In this document: one piece after another, positions 52,595 through 62,410 of the stretch
Numbering within the stretch: the stretch's first letter is position 1
How the letters are laid out: each line of letters opens with the position of its first letter
Assembly: GCF_039541115.1 (NCBI RefSeq)
Contig: NZ_BAABFP010000007.1
Coordinates: 558,001-622,000 of the forward strand
Source of the DNA: Angustibacter luteus
GTDB lineage: Bacteria; Actinomycetota; Actinomycetes; Actinomycetales; Angustibacteraceae
DNA length: 64,000 nt
Direction of reading: 5' to 3'
Notes under the pieces: model-generated
Told to the model about the DNA's origin: nothing
The model's database searches: none
Seen by the model: only the letters and a program-made list of their open reading frames with translations
Translations under genes and position numbers: made by a program

Positions 52595-52699
52595 ATGAAG
52601 AAGAAGTCCCCTGTCAGCGCGGTCGTTCGCCTCAGTGCGGGCGTGCTCCCCGTGATCACCCTGGTGTCGGTGCTCGGCGCCGGCTCCAAGTGGTGGTGA
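52595..52699 (+). CDS. 34-aa signal-peptide-like micropeptide ending GAGSKWW (candidate precursor)
   Basis: GAGGAG (52584-52589), 5 nt, ATG; MKKKSPVSAVVRLSAGVLPVITLVSVLGAGSKWW*; below the ORF-track size cut-off. Confidence 0.8.
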   Translation: MKKKSPVSAVVRLSAGVLPVITLVSVLGAGSKWW

Positions 52700-52758
52700 T
52701 CGCCGTGCTGACGCGCAGCGAAGACACGCAGTACCTGCCCGGTTACAAGTGGGTCTAG
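52696..52758 (+). CDS. 20-aa micropeptide ending PGYKWV
   Basis: GTGA start/stop overlap with the preceding micro-ORF; MIAVLTRSEDTQYLPGYKWV*; alternative GTG starts at 52690, 52693 and 52705. Confidence 0.6.
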   Translation: MIAVLTRSEDTQYLPGYKWV

Positions 52759-52780
52759 GGCCTCGCGCCCGCTGACACCC

Positions 52781-54946
52781 ATGAAGCGACCCTCGCCCCT
52801 CGCGCTCTACGTCGCCTGCGTCGCCCTGCTGGGCGCGCTCGTGGCGGCGTGGAGCCTGTGGGGTGTCGGTCTCGCGGAGCTGGCCCGTACCGCCCCGAAC
52901 CCGGTGTGGTTCCTGGCGGTCGGGCTGGTTCTGGGCGAGCTCATGCCGATCCCCGTGGCCCGCGGGGACGACGAGACGTCCAACGTCACGATGTCGACCA
53001 CCTTCGCCGTGGCGCTGGTGACCACCGGACCCTTCGCCCTGCTCCTGCTGGTGCACACCATGGCCGTCGCGATCGACGACCTGCGCACCCGCCGGAGCGT
53101 GGCCAAGGTGCTGTTCAACTTCGGCCAGTACGCCGTGTCGTTGGCCGCCGCCCGCGCGGCGTTCTGCGTCATCACCGGCACGAGCTTCCACGCCGGCTAC
53201 ACCCCGCTGGACGCCAGCGAGCTGCCCGCGGCCCTCGTCGCGGGCTTCACGTTCATCATGCTCAACAACGGTCTCGTCGCCGTCGTCGTCGCCCTGGCCA
53301 CCCGCCAGCCGGTGCTGGCGATGCTGCGCGAGGACCTCGCATTCAAGCTCGAGACGTCCAGCGTGCTGCTCGGCCTGGCGCCGGTCGCCGCCGTGCTCGC
53401 CGAGATGAGCGGCTGGCTCCTACCCCTGCTCGCGCTGCCTGTCCTGGCGGTCCGCCGCTCCGCGGCGCTGGCCGTGGCCCGGCAGTCCCAGGCCCTGCGC
53501 GACGCCCTGACCGGACTGGGCAACCGCGAGCTCTTCTTCGGCCGCGCCGAGCGCATGCTCGCCGCCTACGAGCGCACCGAGAGTCCCTTCGCGGTGCTGA
53601 TGATCGACCTCGACCACTTCAAGGACATCAACGACACGCTCGGCCACCAGGTCGGTGACCGGGTCATCCAGACGGTCGGTGCCCGCATCGCGCACGCCGG
53701 CGGCCCCGACGGCTGCGTCGCCCGGCTCGGTGGCGACGAGTTCGCCATCACCATCCCCGGCGTGGACGTCGCGCAGGCGAGCGCCGCCGCCGAGACGCTG
53801 CTGTCCGACATCGTCCGTCCGCTGCACGTCGGCGGCATCCGGATGGTCATCCACGCCAGCGTCGGCATCGCCATGGCCGAGCCCGGCGTCGACGTCACCA
53901 CGCTGATGCAGCGGGCGGACATCGCCCTCTACGAGGCCAAGCGGGACCGCGCCCGGTGGTGCCTGTACGACGTCCAGTCCTCGACGGCGACCCCCGAGCG
54001 CCTCGGGCTGCTCGCCGACCTGCGCGACGCGATCGACCTGCGGCAGATCTCCGTGCACTTCCAGCCGCAGGTCGCGCTCAACGGCGGCCGCGTCTTCGGC
54101 GCCGAGGCGCTCGCGCGCTGGGACCACCCCGAGCGCGGCTCGGTCGCGCCCGAGGAGTTCATCGCCCTGGCCGAGCACGCCGGGCTCATCGACCAGGTGA
54201 CCGACATCGTCCTCGAGGAGTCGCTGGACGCGCTGGCCAGCTGGTCCCAGATGGGCATCGCCGCCCGCGTCTCGGTGAACCTGTCGGCCCGGCAGCTGGC
54301 CGACCTGGGGCTGCCCGAGCGGTTGCGTGACGCGTTGCGCCGGCACGGTGTCTCGCCGGGCCAGCTGACCGCGGAGGTGACCGAGGGCAGCATCATGGGC
54401 GACCCCCGGCGGGCCGCGCAGGTGCTGCACGAGCTCCGCCAGGAGGGCATCCGGATCGCCGTCGACGACTTCGGCACCGGCTACTCCTCGCTGGCCTACC
54501 TGCAGCGCCTGGACCTCGACGAGCTGAAGATCGACCGCAGCTTCGTGCAGTCGATGGGCGCCGTCTCGCGGGACGACGTGCTCGTCCGCTCGATCATCGA
54601 GCTCGCGCACAACCTCGGCCTGTCGGTGGTCGCCGAGGGCGTCGAGACCCCGGGGCAGGTCGAACGACTGCGCGAGCTGCAGTGCGACGCCGCCCAGGGC
54701 TACCACCTCGGTCGGCCGATGGACCGCGAGATGATGACCGCCTGGCTGCGTCGCGACACCATGCTCGAGCCCCTGCGGCTGCCCGAGGAGGACCACAGCG
54801 AGGACACCCTGCACGGTCTCGTGCAGGGGCTGGCCCACCTCGAGCCGTTCGGCCCGGCCGAGGCCGTGCCCGCCGTCCCGGCGACCGGTCGGTCCGGCAA
54901 GCCGACCCACCTGCGCGCCGTCCGGTCCGGACAGGGAACGGCGTGA
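52781..54946 (+). CDS. Membrane-bound GGDEF-EAL protein with multi-TM N-terminal sensor region
   Basis: ~230-aa hydrophobic N-terminus; DALTGLGNR, RLGGDEF, AEALARW, DDFGTGYSS, KIDRSFV, VAEGVE. Confidence 0.93.
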   Translation: MKRPSPLALYVACVALLGALVAAWSLWGVGLAELARTAPNPVWFLAVGLVLGELMPIPVARGDDETSNVTMSTTFAVALVTTGPFALLLLVHTMAVAIDDLRTRRSVAKVLFNFGQYAVSLAAARAAFCVITGTSFHAGYTPLDASELPAALVAGFTFIMLNNGLVAVVVALATRQPVLAMLREDLAFKLETSSVLLGLAPVAAVLAEMSGWLLPLLALPVLAVRRSAALAVARQSQALRDALTGLGNRELFFGRAERMLAAYERTESPFAVLMIDLDHFKDINDTLGHQVGDRVIQTVGARIAHAGGPDGCVARLGGDEFAITIPGVDVAQASAAAETLLSDIVRPLHVGGIRMVIHASVGIAMAEPGVDVTTLMQRADIALYEAKRDRARWCLYDVQSSTATPERLGLLADLRDAIDLRQISVHFQPQVALNGGRVFGAEALARWDHPERGSVAPEEFIALAEHAGLIDQVTDIVLEESLDALASWSQMGIAARVSVNLSARQLADLGLPERLRDALRRHGVSPGQLTAEVTEGSIMGDPRRAAQVLHELRQEGIRIAVDDFGTGYSSLAYLQRLDLDELKIDRSFVQSMGAVSRDDVLVRSIIELAHNLGLSVVAEGVETPGQVERLRELQCDAAQGYHLGRPMDREMMTAWLRRDTMLEPLRLPEEDHSEDTLHGLVQGLAHLEPFGPAEAVPAVPATGRSGKPTHLRAVRSGQGTA

Positions 54947-54950
54947 TCCG

Positions 54951-55493
54951 GTGCTGGTCGCCGCGCTCGTAGCGCTCGCCGTCCTGACCGTCCCGCTCAG
55001 CGGTGGTCGGTGGTCCGCGCTGGGCTCGCTCCGGTTGCGACACAGCTGGTTGCTGTGGATGGCGCTGCTCGGTCAGGTGCTGGCCCTCGAGGGGCCCGAC
55101 CTGGGTGGTTGGGCCGCTCTGCTGCACGTCGGCACGTACCTGCTGGCGGGCGCCTTCGTCGTCCTCAACCGCGCCATCCCGGGCCTCTGGCTGATCGCGG
55201 CCGGCGGCTTCCTCAACGGCATCACCATCGCGCTGAACGACGGGACGCTGCCGGCGTCGGCGCACGCGCTGCGCGCCGCCGGGCTGCCGGCCGACCACCA
55301 CCAGTTCGTGAACTCGGGCGTGGTCGGCGGAGCGCACCTGCCGTGGCTCGGCGACGTGTTCGCCTGGCCACAGCCGCTGCCGCTGGCCAACGTGTTCAGC
55401 GTGGGCGACGTCCTGCTGGTCGTGGGGGCGTTCTGGGCGATCCACCGGCTGGCCCGGCGCAGCCCGGCCGAGCCGCAGGTCGCCCTCGCGTGA
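54951..55493 (+). CDS. DUF5317-like membrane protein
   Basis: GGRWSAL, LNGITIALNDGTLP, WLGDVF...NVFSVGD; starts 4 nt after the GGDEF-EAL stop. Confidence 0.82.
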   Translation: MLVAALVALAVLTVPLSGGRWSALGSLRLRHSWLLWMALLGQVLALEGPDLGGWAALLHVGTYLLAGAFVVLNRAIPGLWLIAAGGFLNGITIALNDGTLPASAHALRAAGLPADHHQFVNSGVVGGAHLPWLGDVFAWPQPLPLANVFSVGDVLLVVGAFWAIHRLARRSPAEPQVALA

Positions 55494-55505
55494 CACGCTG
55501 ACCGC

Positions 55506-56663
55506 ATGAGTCGCAGCGTGGTCCTGCTCGGGTCGACCGGGTCCGTCGGCGAGCAGGCCGTCGACGTCATCACCCGCAACCCCGACCGCTTCACCGTCAC
55601 CGCCCTGGCCGCGGCCGGGTCCGACGTCCGGCTGCTCGCGGAGCAGGCGGCCCGGCTGCAGGTCCAGCAGGTCGCGGTCGCCCGCGAGGACCGCGCGCCG
55701 GAGCTGCGCGCCGCCCTGGAGGCGGCCGGTGCCGGCGCCGAGGTGCTGGCCGGGCCGGACGCCGCCGAGCAGCTGGCCGCCCGCGGTGACGACCTGGTGC
55801 TGAACGCGATGACCGGCTCCATCGGGCTGCGTCCCACGTTGGCGGCGCTGGCCGCCGGCAGCACGCTCGCGCTGGCCAACAAGGAGTCGCTGATCGTCGG
55901 CGGCCCGCTGGTCAAGGCCGCCGCCGCTCCCGGCCAGATCGTGCCGGTGGACTCCGAGCACTCCGCGCTCGCGCAGTGCCTACGCGGCGGTCGGGAGTCC
56001 GAGGTGGCCCGCCTGGTGCTGACGGCCAGCGGCGGGCCCTTCCGTGGCCGGCCGCGGCACGAGCTGGACGACGTCACCCCGGCCCAGGCGCTGGCCCACC
56101 CCACCTGGGACATGGGCCGGATGGTCACCACCAACTCGGCGACGCTGGTGAACAAGGGCCTGGAGGTCATCGAGGCGCACCTGCTCTTCGACCTTCCGTT
56201 CGAGCGCATCGCCGTCGTGGTGCACCCGCAGTCGATCGTGCACTCGATGGTCGAGTTCACCGACGGCTCGACGCTCGCCCAGTGCTCGCCGCCGGACATG
56301 CGGCTGCCCATCGCGCTCGGCCTGGGCTGGCCGGACCGGGTGCCCGGCGCGGCCGCGGCCTGCGACTGGAGCACCGCGAGCACCTGGGAGTTCCTGCCGC
56401 TGGACGACGAGGCGTTCCCCGCCGTCGCCCTGGCCCGCCGGGTGGGGTCGGCGGGGTCGACGTACCCGGCGGTGTACAACGCGGCCAACGAGGAGTGCGT
56501 GGACGCCTTCCACGACGGCCGGATCCGGTTCACCGCGATCGTCGACACGGTGACGCAGGTGGTCGACGAGCACGAGCCGCCCGCCGGCCCCCTCACCCTG
56601 ACGGACGTGCTCGAGGCCGAACGGTGGGCGCGGGCTCGAGCGCATGAGAAACTGGGAGTATGA
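55506..56663 (+). CDS. dxr: 1-deoxy-D-xylulose-5-phosphate reductoisomerase
   Basis: [38 protein letters not shown]. Confidence 0.97.
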   Translation: MSRSVVLLGSTGSVGEQAVDVITRNPDRFTVTALAAAGSDVRLLAEQAARLQVQQVAVAREDRAPELRAALEAAGAGAEVLAGPDAAEQLAARGDDLVLNAMTGSIGLRPTLAALAAGSTLALANKESLIVGGPLVKAAAAPGQIVPVDSEHSALAQCLRGGRESEVARLVLTASGGPFRGRPRHELDDVTPAQALAHPTWDMGRMVTTNSATLVNKGLEVIEAHLLFDLPFERIAVVVHPQSIVHSMVEFTDGSTLAQCSPPDMRLPIALGLGWPDRVPGAAAACDWSTASTWEFLPLDDEAFPAVALARRVGSAGSTYPAVYNAANEECVDAFHDGRIRFTAIVDTVTQVVDEHEPPAGPLTLTDVLEAERWARARAHEKLGV

Positions 56664-58078
56664 CCGTCCTGCTCTACGCCCTCGGCGTGCTGCTGTTCGC
56701 CGTGGGTCTCGCGGCGTCCATCGCGCTGCACGAGATCGGGCACCTCGTCCCCGCCAAGAAGTTCGGCGTCAAGGTCACCCAGTACATGGTGGGCTTCGGC
56801 CCGACGGCCTGGTCGCGCCGGCGCGGTGAGACCGAGTACGGCGTCAAGTGGGTCCCGCTGGGCGGCTACATCCGGATGATCGGCATGTTCCCGCCGAAGC
56901 CCGGACAGGCGCCGGAGGAGGCGCTGCGCGCCACGTCCACCGGGCGGGTCGGGATGATGCTGGACCAGGCGGTGCAGTCCCGCGCCACCCGTCGTGGCAC
57001 GGCGACCGGTGAGCGTCGGGTGGGCATGGCCGAGGCCGCCCGCCAGCAGTCGATGGACGAGATCCAGCCCGGCGACGAGGCCCGCGTCTTCTACAAGCTC
57101 CCCGTGCACCAGAAGATCATCGTGATGCTCGGCGGTCCCACGATGAACCTGCTGATCGGCACCGTCCTGCTGGCGGGCGTCTACATGGCCTACGGCCTGC
57201 CGGTCGACAAGCCCGGAGCGCAGGTCGCCGCGGTCAACGAGTGCGTCGTCAGCGCGGACGCGGCCCAGACCCAGACCACCTGCGCCGCAACCGATCCGAA
57301 GACCCCCGCGTACGAGGCCGGGCTACGCCCCGGGGACACCATCGTGGCCGTCGCCGGCGAGGACGTGCAGAACAGCGCGGCCGTCGGGCGGCTGATCCGG
57401 CCGCGGGTCGGCCAGACCGTGCCCGTCGTCGTCGTCCGGGACGGCGAGCGACTGACGCTGCAGATCACCCCGATCGAGAACACCGTCACCAAGGTGGACG
57501 GCGACGGCCAGCCGGTGCTCGGCGCCGACGGAAAGGCCGAGACCGTGCGCGCCGGCTTCCTCGGCGTGAGCACCCAGACCCCCTCGGTGGTCGAGCGGCA
57601 GTCGATCACGCAGGTCCCCGGCGAGGTCGGGTCGGCGCTGTCGGCCACCGCCGCCGTCGTGGTGCGGATCCCGCAGAAGATGGTCGGCGTGGTGCAGACC
57701 ATGAGCTCGGGCGAGCGGGACCCCAACGGCCCGATCAGCGTCGTCGGCGTCGGCCGGATCGCCGGCGAGGTGGCCAGCGCGGACGGCGCGTGGTCAGCCA
57801 AGCTCGCCACGATGCTCGGCGTCCTCGCCTCGCTGAACTTCGCGCTGTTCGTGTTCAACCTCATCCCGCTGCTGCCGCTGGACGGCGGACACGTGGCGGG
57901 GGCGATCTGGGAGGGTCTGCGACGCACGTGGGCGCGGCTGCGGCACCGGCCGGACCCCGGCCCCGTGGACGTCGCGCGCCTGCTGCCCATCGCCTACGGC
58001 GTCGGGACCGTGCTGATCGTGATGTCCGTGATCCTGATCTACGCCGACATCGTCAATCCCATCAAGCTGCTCGGCTGA
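56660..58078 (+). CDS. M50 intramembrane zinc metalloprotease with PDZ (RseP/Rip1-like)
   Basis: [26 protein letters not shown]. Confidence 0.93.
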   Translation: MTVLLYALGVLLFAVGLAASIALHEIGHLVPAKKFGVKVTQYMVGFGPTAWSRRRGETEYGVKWVPLGGYIRMIGMFPPKPGQAPEEALRATSTGRVGMMLDQAVQSRATRRGTATGERRVGMAEAARQQSMDEIQPGDEARVFYKLPVHQKIIVMLGGPTMNLLIGTVLLAGVYMAYGLPVDKPGAQVAAVNECVVSADAAQTQTTCAATDPKTPAYEAGLRPGDTIVAVAGEDVQNSAAVGRLIRPRVGQTVPVVVVRDGERLTLQITPIENTVTKVDGDGQPVLGADGKAETVRAGFLGVSTQTPSVVERQSITQVPGEVGSALSATAAVVVRIPQKMVGVVQTMSSGERDPNGPISVVGVGRIAGEVASADGAWSAKLATMLGVLASLNFALFVFNLIPLLPLDGGHVAGAIWEGLRRTWARLRHRPDPGPVDVARLLPIAYGVGTVLIVMSVILIYADIVNPIKLLG

Positions 58079-58133
58079 CGCCGGTTTCGACGGCGCGTTC
58101 TGCGCTGCGGCGACGGCGGGCGATACTGGAGGC

Positions 58134-59276
58134 ATGAGCGTCTCCCTCGGTATGCCCGCGGCGCCGCCGCCCGTGCTGGCCCCCCGTCGTCCCACCCGCA
58201 AGATCAAGGTCGGCAAGGTCGACGTCGGCGGTGACGCGCCGGTCAGCGTGCAGTCGATGACGACCACGCTGACCTCCGACGTGAACTCGACGCTGCAGCA
58301 GATCGCCGAGCTGACCGCGGCCGGCTGCGACATCGTCCGGGTGGCCTGCCCGAGCCAGGACGATGCGGAGGCGCTGCCCGCCATCGCGCGCAAGTCGCAG
58401 ATCCCGGTGATCGCGGACATCCACTTCCAGCCCAAGTACGTGTTCGCGGCGATCGACGCCGGCTGCGCCGCCGTCCGGGTCAACCCGGGCAACATCCGCA
58501 AGTTCGACGACCAGGTCGGGGCGATCGCGAAGGCGGCCAAGGACGCCGGCGTCTCGATCCGGATCGGCGTGAACGCCGGCTCCCTCGACCCGCGCCTGCT
58601 GGAGAAGTACGGCAAGGCGACGCCCGAGGCGCTCGTCGAGTCCGCCGTCTGGGAGGCCTCGTTGTTCGAGGAGCACGACTTCCACGACTTCAAGATCTCG
58701 GTCAAGCACAACGACCCGGTGGTCATGGTGCGCGCGTACGAGCTGCTCTCCGAGCGCGGGGACTGGCCGCTGCACCTCGGGGTGACCGAGGCCGGCCCGG
58801 CGTTCCAGGGCACGATCAAGTCCGCCACCGCGTTCGGTGCGCTGCTCTCGCGCGGCATCGGGGACACGATCCGGGTCTCGCTGTCGGCCCCGCCGGTCGA
58901 GGAGGTCAAGGTCGGCATCCAGATCCTGCAGTCGCTGAACCTGCGGCCGCGCAAGCTCGAGATCGTCTCCTGCCCGTCGTGCGGGCGGGCTCAGGTCGAC
59001 GTCTACAAGCTCGCGGAGGAGGTCACCGCCGGGCTCGAGGGCATGGAGGTGCCGCTGCGCGTCGCGGTGATGGGCTGCGTGGTGAACGGGCCGGGCGAGG
59101 CCCGCGAGGCCGACCTGGGGGTGGCGTCCGGCAACGGCAAGGGGCAGATCTTCGTCCGCGGCGAAGTCGTCAAGACGGTCCCCGAGGCGATGATCGTGGA
59201 GACGCTGATCGAGGAGGCCATGCGCATCGCCGAGACGATGGAGGCCGAGGGCGAACCCACCGTCAGCGTCTCGTGA
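58134..59276 (+). CDS. ispG: HMBPP synthase
   Basis: [36 protein letters not shown]. Confidence 0.97.
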   Translation: MSVSLGMPAAPPPVLAPRRPTRKIKVGKVDVGGDAPVSVQSMTTTLTSDVNSTLQQIAELTAAGCDIVRVACPSQDDAEALPAIARKSQIPVIADIHFQPKYVFAAIDAGCAAVRVNPGNIRKFDDQVGAIAKAAKDAGVSIRIGVNAGSLDPRLLEKYGKATPEALVESAVWEASLFEEHDFHDFKISVKHNDPVVMVRAYELLSERGDWPLHLGVTEAGPAFQGTIKSATAFGALLSRGIGDTIRVSLSAPPVEEVKVGIQILQSLNLRPRKLEIVSCPSCGRAQVDVYKLAEEVTAGLEGMEVPLRVAVMGCVVNGPGEAREADLGVASGNGKGQIFVRGEVVKTVPEAMIVETLIEEAMRIAETMEAEGEPTVSVS

Positions 59277-59324
59277 CTCGCTTGGTGGTCGACACGCGGC
59301 GGTCCGGCACGGCACGCTGAGCCC

Positions 59325-60173
59325 GTGCTGCGAACTGCCACCTCTCTGCGCACCCTCGGGCGCGCCGACCGCGACGACGTGCTGGCGCTGTGCGCCCAGG
59401 CACCCGTGGTCAACGTCATGGTCGCCGAGCGGGTGGAGCTGGTCGGCTCGGAGCCCGTCCGGCTGGGCGGTGAGCTGTGGGGCATGTTCGAGCAGGGGGA
59501 GCTGACCAGCGCGTGCTGGTCCGGCGCGAACCTGATCCCCGTCGGTCCCTGCAGCGATGCGGCCCTGGACGCCTTCGCGAGCCGGGCCAAGCGGTCCGGC
59601 GTCCCGTACTCGTCGATGTTCGGCGAGGCCGAGCACGTCCTCGGACTGTGGTCCCGGTTGCAGGCCGCGGGCTGGCGCGCGCGGGACGTGCGCGCCTGTC
59701 AGCCGCTGTTCGCCACTGACCGGGTACCCGACGTCGCGCCGGACCCCCTGGTCGGCCGGGCCGGTCCGGACGACCTGCTGACCGTGCTCCCGGCGTCCGT
59801 CGCGATGTTCACCGAGGAGGTCGGCTACTCGCCGATGGCGGCGGACGGTGGACTGTCCTACCGCCGGCGGGTGGCGGAGCTGCTGCGTCAGGGGCGGATG
59901 TTCGTGCGCCGCGACGGCGACGGCGTGGTGTTCAAGGCGGACCTGGGGTCGGTCAGCTCCTCGGTCGCGCAGGTGCACGGGGTCTGGGTGGACCCCCGCT
60001 ACCGCGGCCAGGGCATCGCCGCGCCGGCCATGGCGGCCGTGGTCGCCGCGGCGCTGCGCTCGGACGCCCGCACCGTCTCGCTCTACGTGAACGACTACAA
60101 CCACCGCGCGCTCGCCGTGTACTCGAAGGTCGGCTTCACCCAGGTGGGCACCTTCGCGACGGTCCTCTTCTAG
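59325..60173 (+). CDS. GNAT acetyltransferase (DUF4081-type)
   Basis: VWVDPRYRGQGIA, LYVNDYN..Y.KVGF. Confidence 0.88.
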   Translation: MLRTATSLRTLGRADRDDVLALCAQAPVVNVMVAERVELVGSEPVRLGGELWGMFEQGELTSACWSGANLIPVGPCSDAALDAFASRAKRSGVPYSSMFGEAEHVLGLWSRLQAAGWRARDVRACQPLFATDRVPDVAPDPLVGRAGPDDLLTVLPASVAMFTEEVGYSPMAADGGLSYRRRVAELLRQGRMFVRRDGDGVVFKADLGSVSSSVAQVHGVWVDPRYRGQGIAAPAMAAVVAAALRSDARTVSLYVNDYNHRALAVYSKVGFTQVGTFATVLF

Positions 60174-60184
60174 GTCTGACCGCA

Positions 60185-60272
60185 CACCCCAACCCCGCGG
60201 TGATCATGCACAGTCGCCCCGACACGTCGACGCGTCGGGGCGAACGTGCATGATCACCGCGGGGTTGGGGTG
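60185..60272. repeat. Long inverted repeat (REP-like)
   Basis: Perfect 27-bp arms caccccaaccccgcggtgatcatgcac/gtgcatgatcaccgcggggttggggtg plus a 10-bp inner stem. Confidence 0.9.
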
Positions 60273-60337
60273 GCCGAATGGGGAGTTGTGCCGGGGGCCG
60301 CTTGACGGAGGCGACTTAGGATGCTAGCAATATAGCC

Positions 60338-60499
60338 GTGAGCGACGTCGAAGCCGTGCCGAAGGTGCAGTTCAACGTCTACCTGCCGCCTGGGCTGGTG
60401 CGCCGCATCAAGCACCTGGCGGTCGACGAGGGGGCGAGCCTGTCCGCACTCGTCGAGCGCGCGCTCACCGCGTACGCCGACGCCGAGGAGGCCTCGTGA
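60338..60499 (+). CDS. CopG/ribbon-helix-helix protein, 53 aa (missed by ORF track)
   Basis: [60 protein letters not shown]17-TAGCAA upstream; GTGA overlap with next gene. Confidence 0.82.
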   Translation: MSDVEAVPKVQFNVYLPPGLVRRIKHLAVDEGASLSALVERALTAYADAEEAS

Positions 60500-61089
60500 A
60501 CGACGTGACCCTGCGTCCGGTGCGCTTCACGGACGACGTCGCCGGCACCCGCGCGTACTTCGAGCAGCAGGGGCTCGCCGCCCGGGTCGTCGCGGTCGGG
60601 GGCGGCTGGGTCGACCTGGTCGCCGGCGGCGGCGGGATGCTGGCGCTGCACGACGCGGCGTCCAGCTCGACCGAGCAACCCAGCGGACGCACGACCCTGT
60701 CCGCCGAGTGCCAGGACGCCGAGGCGTTGGCCGAGCGGTTGCGCGAGGCCGGGTTCGACGACGCCACCGTGTACGACGAGGGCTATGGCCGGGTGCTGGT
60801 GGTCACCGACCCCGACGGCGGTCTGGTCCAGGTCGACGAGCGCCAGGACGACCTCCACGGCTACCACCACCTCGACGTCTCCGGTGCCGATCCGGCCGTG
60901 TCCGTGCGGGTGGTCCTCGACTCGCCGGACGTGGCTCGCTACCGGGCCTTTCTCGAGGCGCTCGGGCTCGCGGCCGCGGTCGAGCTGCACGAGCAGGAAC
61001 CGCAGGACGTGCGGGCGACCGCGCCGGACGGCCGCCCCCGCCGCCCGGCCGTCGTCCGGCTGCAGCTGTCGGCCCGTCCGCGCCCGTGA
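60496..61089 (+). CDS. VOC/glyoxalase-like protein
   Basis: [26 protein letters not shown]. Confidence 0.75.
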   Translation: MNDVTLRPVRFTDDVAGTRAYFEQQGLAARVVAVGGGWVDLVAGGGGMLALHDAASSSTEQPSGRTTLSAECQDAEALAERLREAGFDDATVYDEGYGRVLVVTDPDGGLVQVDERQDDLHGYHHLDVSGADPAVSVRVVLDSPDVARYRAFLEALGLAAAVELHEQEPQDVRATAPDGRPRRPAVVRLQLSARPRP

Positions 61090-62354
61090 GCGACCCCACG
61101 GTCGCCGACTCGCTCGGCCGAATGCTGCGCGCGGACCGCGACTTCCGGCGCTACTTCGTCGCCCGCATCGTGTCCCTCGGCGGCGCGGTGGTCACGGTGG
61201 TGGCCCTGCCCGTGCTGGTCTACCGGCTGAGCGGCTCGGCCTTGCTGACCGCGTCCGTCACCGCACTGGAGGCGCTTCCCTACCTGCTCTTCGGCCTGGT
61301 CGCCGGCGCACTGACCGACCGCTGGGACCGACAACGCGTCATGGTGTCCAGCGACCTGGTGAACGCCGTGCTCATCGGGTCGATCCCGCTCGCGTGGTGG
61401 CTGGGCGCGCTGACCGTCTGGCACGTGCTCGTCGTGGCCTTCTGCGCGCAGGCGGTGTTCACGTTCTTCGACGGAGCGAACTTCGGCGCCCTTCCGGTGC
61501 TGGTCGGCCGCGAGCGGGTCGCGGTGGCCAGCGCCGGCGTCTGGGCCGTGGCGAGCGTGGTGGAGGTCGTGGCACCCCCCGCGGCGGCGACGGCGATCGG
61601 CGTGCTCGGCCCGGCGAACCTCCTCGTCGTGGACGCGCTCAGCTTCGTCGCGTCCGCACTCGCCGTGCGGGGCATCAGCCGCGCCCTGCACGACCGCGAC
61701 CGGCATCGCGAGCCGGCGACCGTGCGGTCGGTGCTGGACGACGTCCGCGAGGGTCTGCGGTTCCTGCTCGCCCATGCGGGCGTGCGCACCATGACCCTGG
61801 TGGGCACGCTGCAGTCCGCGGCGGGCGGCGGGTTCGTGGCCCTCATGGTGGTGTGGGCGGACCGCACGCTGGGCATCGGGACCTCCGGGCTGCGGTTCGG
61901 CGTGCTCTTCGGCGTGTGGGGCATCGGCGGTGCCCTCGCCGCGGTCCTGCTGCCGCGGCTGCTGTCCTGGCTGGGACCCGAGTGGCTGTGCCTGTGGGCG
62001 CTACCCGCCTCGGCCGTGCTCGGCGTGCTCACCGCACTCGCACCCACCTGGCAGCTGGGCGCGCTCGGCCTGGGGTGCTGGGGCGTGGCGTACTCGCTGG
62101 TGGTGGTCAACTCGATCACCTACCGCCAGATGGTCACGCCGGAGCCGCTGCTCGGGCGGGTCAACACCACGGGCCGGATGCTGTCCTGGGGCCTGGGCTG
62201 GACCGGCGGCGCGCTGGTCGCCGGCCTGCTCGCGACCCACGCCGGCACTCGCGCGGCGCTGGTCGCGATGGCCTCCCTGAGCCTCGTTGCCGTCCTGGTG
62301 GCCTGGACGTCGCCACTGCGCCGGGCGTCCCGCCCGCGGCGGATATCCGTGTGA
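61086..62354 (+). CDS. MFS transporter
   Basis: ~12 [20 protein letters not shown]. Confidence 0.88.
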   Translation: MSDPTVADSLGRMLRADRDFRRYFVARIVSLGGAVVTVVALPVLVYRLSGSALLTASVTALEALPYLLFGLVAGALTDRWDRQRVMVSSDLVNAVLIGSIPLAWWLGALTVWHVLVVAFCAQAVFTFFDGANFGALPVLVGRERVAVASAGVWAVASVVEVVAPPAAATAIGVLGPANLLVVDALSFVASALAVRGISRALHDRDRHREPATVRSVLDDVREGLRFLLAHAGVRTMTLVGTLQSAAGGGFVALMVVWADRTLGIGTSGLRFGVLFGVWGIGGALAAVLLPRLLSWLGPEWLCLWALPASAVLGVLTALAPTWQLGALGLGCWGVAYSLVVVNSITYRQMVTPEPLLGRVNTTGRMLSWGLGWTGGALVAGLLATHAGTRAALVAMASLSLVAVLVAWTSPLRRASRPRRISV

Positions 62355-62410
62355 GGTCACCGGGGCCCGACGACTACGCTCGGGTGCCACCCCCGAACCA
62401 AGGAGACCCC

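Noticed and set aside
52595..52699. Trp attenuator leader peptide interpretation (terminal TGG TGG)
   Set aside because: Downstream genes are unrelated to Trp, no terminator/antiterminator is evident, and the peptide has signal-peptide structure with a KW motif repeated in ORF2. Disfavoured, not excluded
52528..52758. 76-aa ORF-track call upstream of the GGDEF-EAL gene
   Set aside because: No RBS and it overlaps the better-supported 34-aa ORF out of frame; only its last ~20 codons are retained as micropeptide 2
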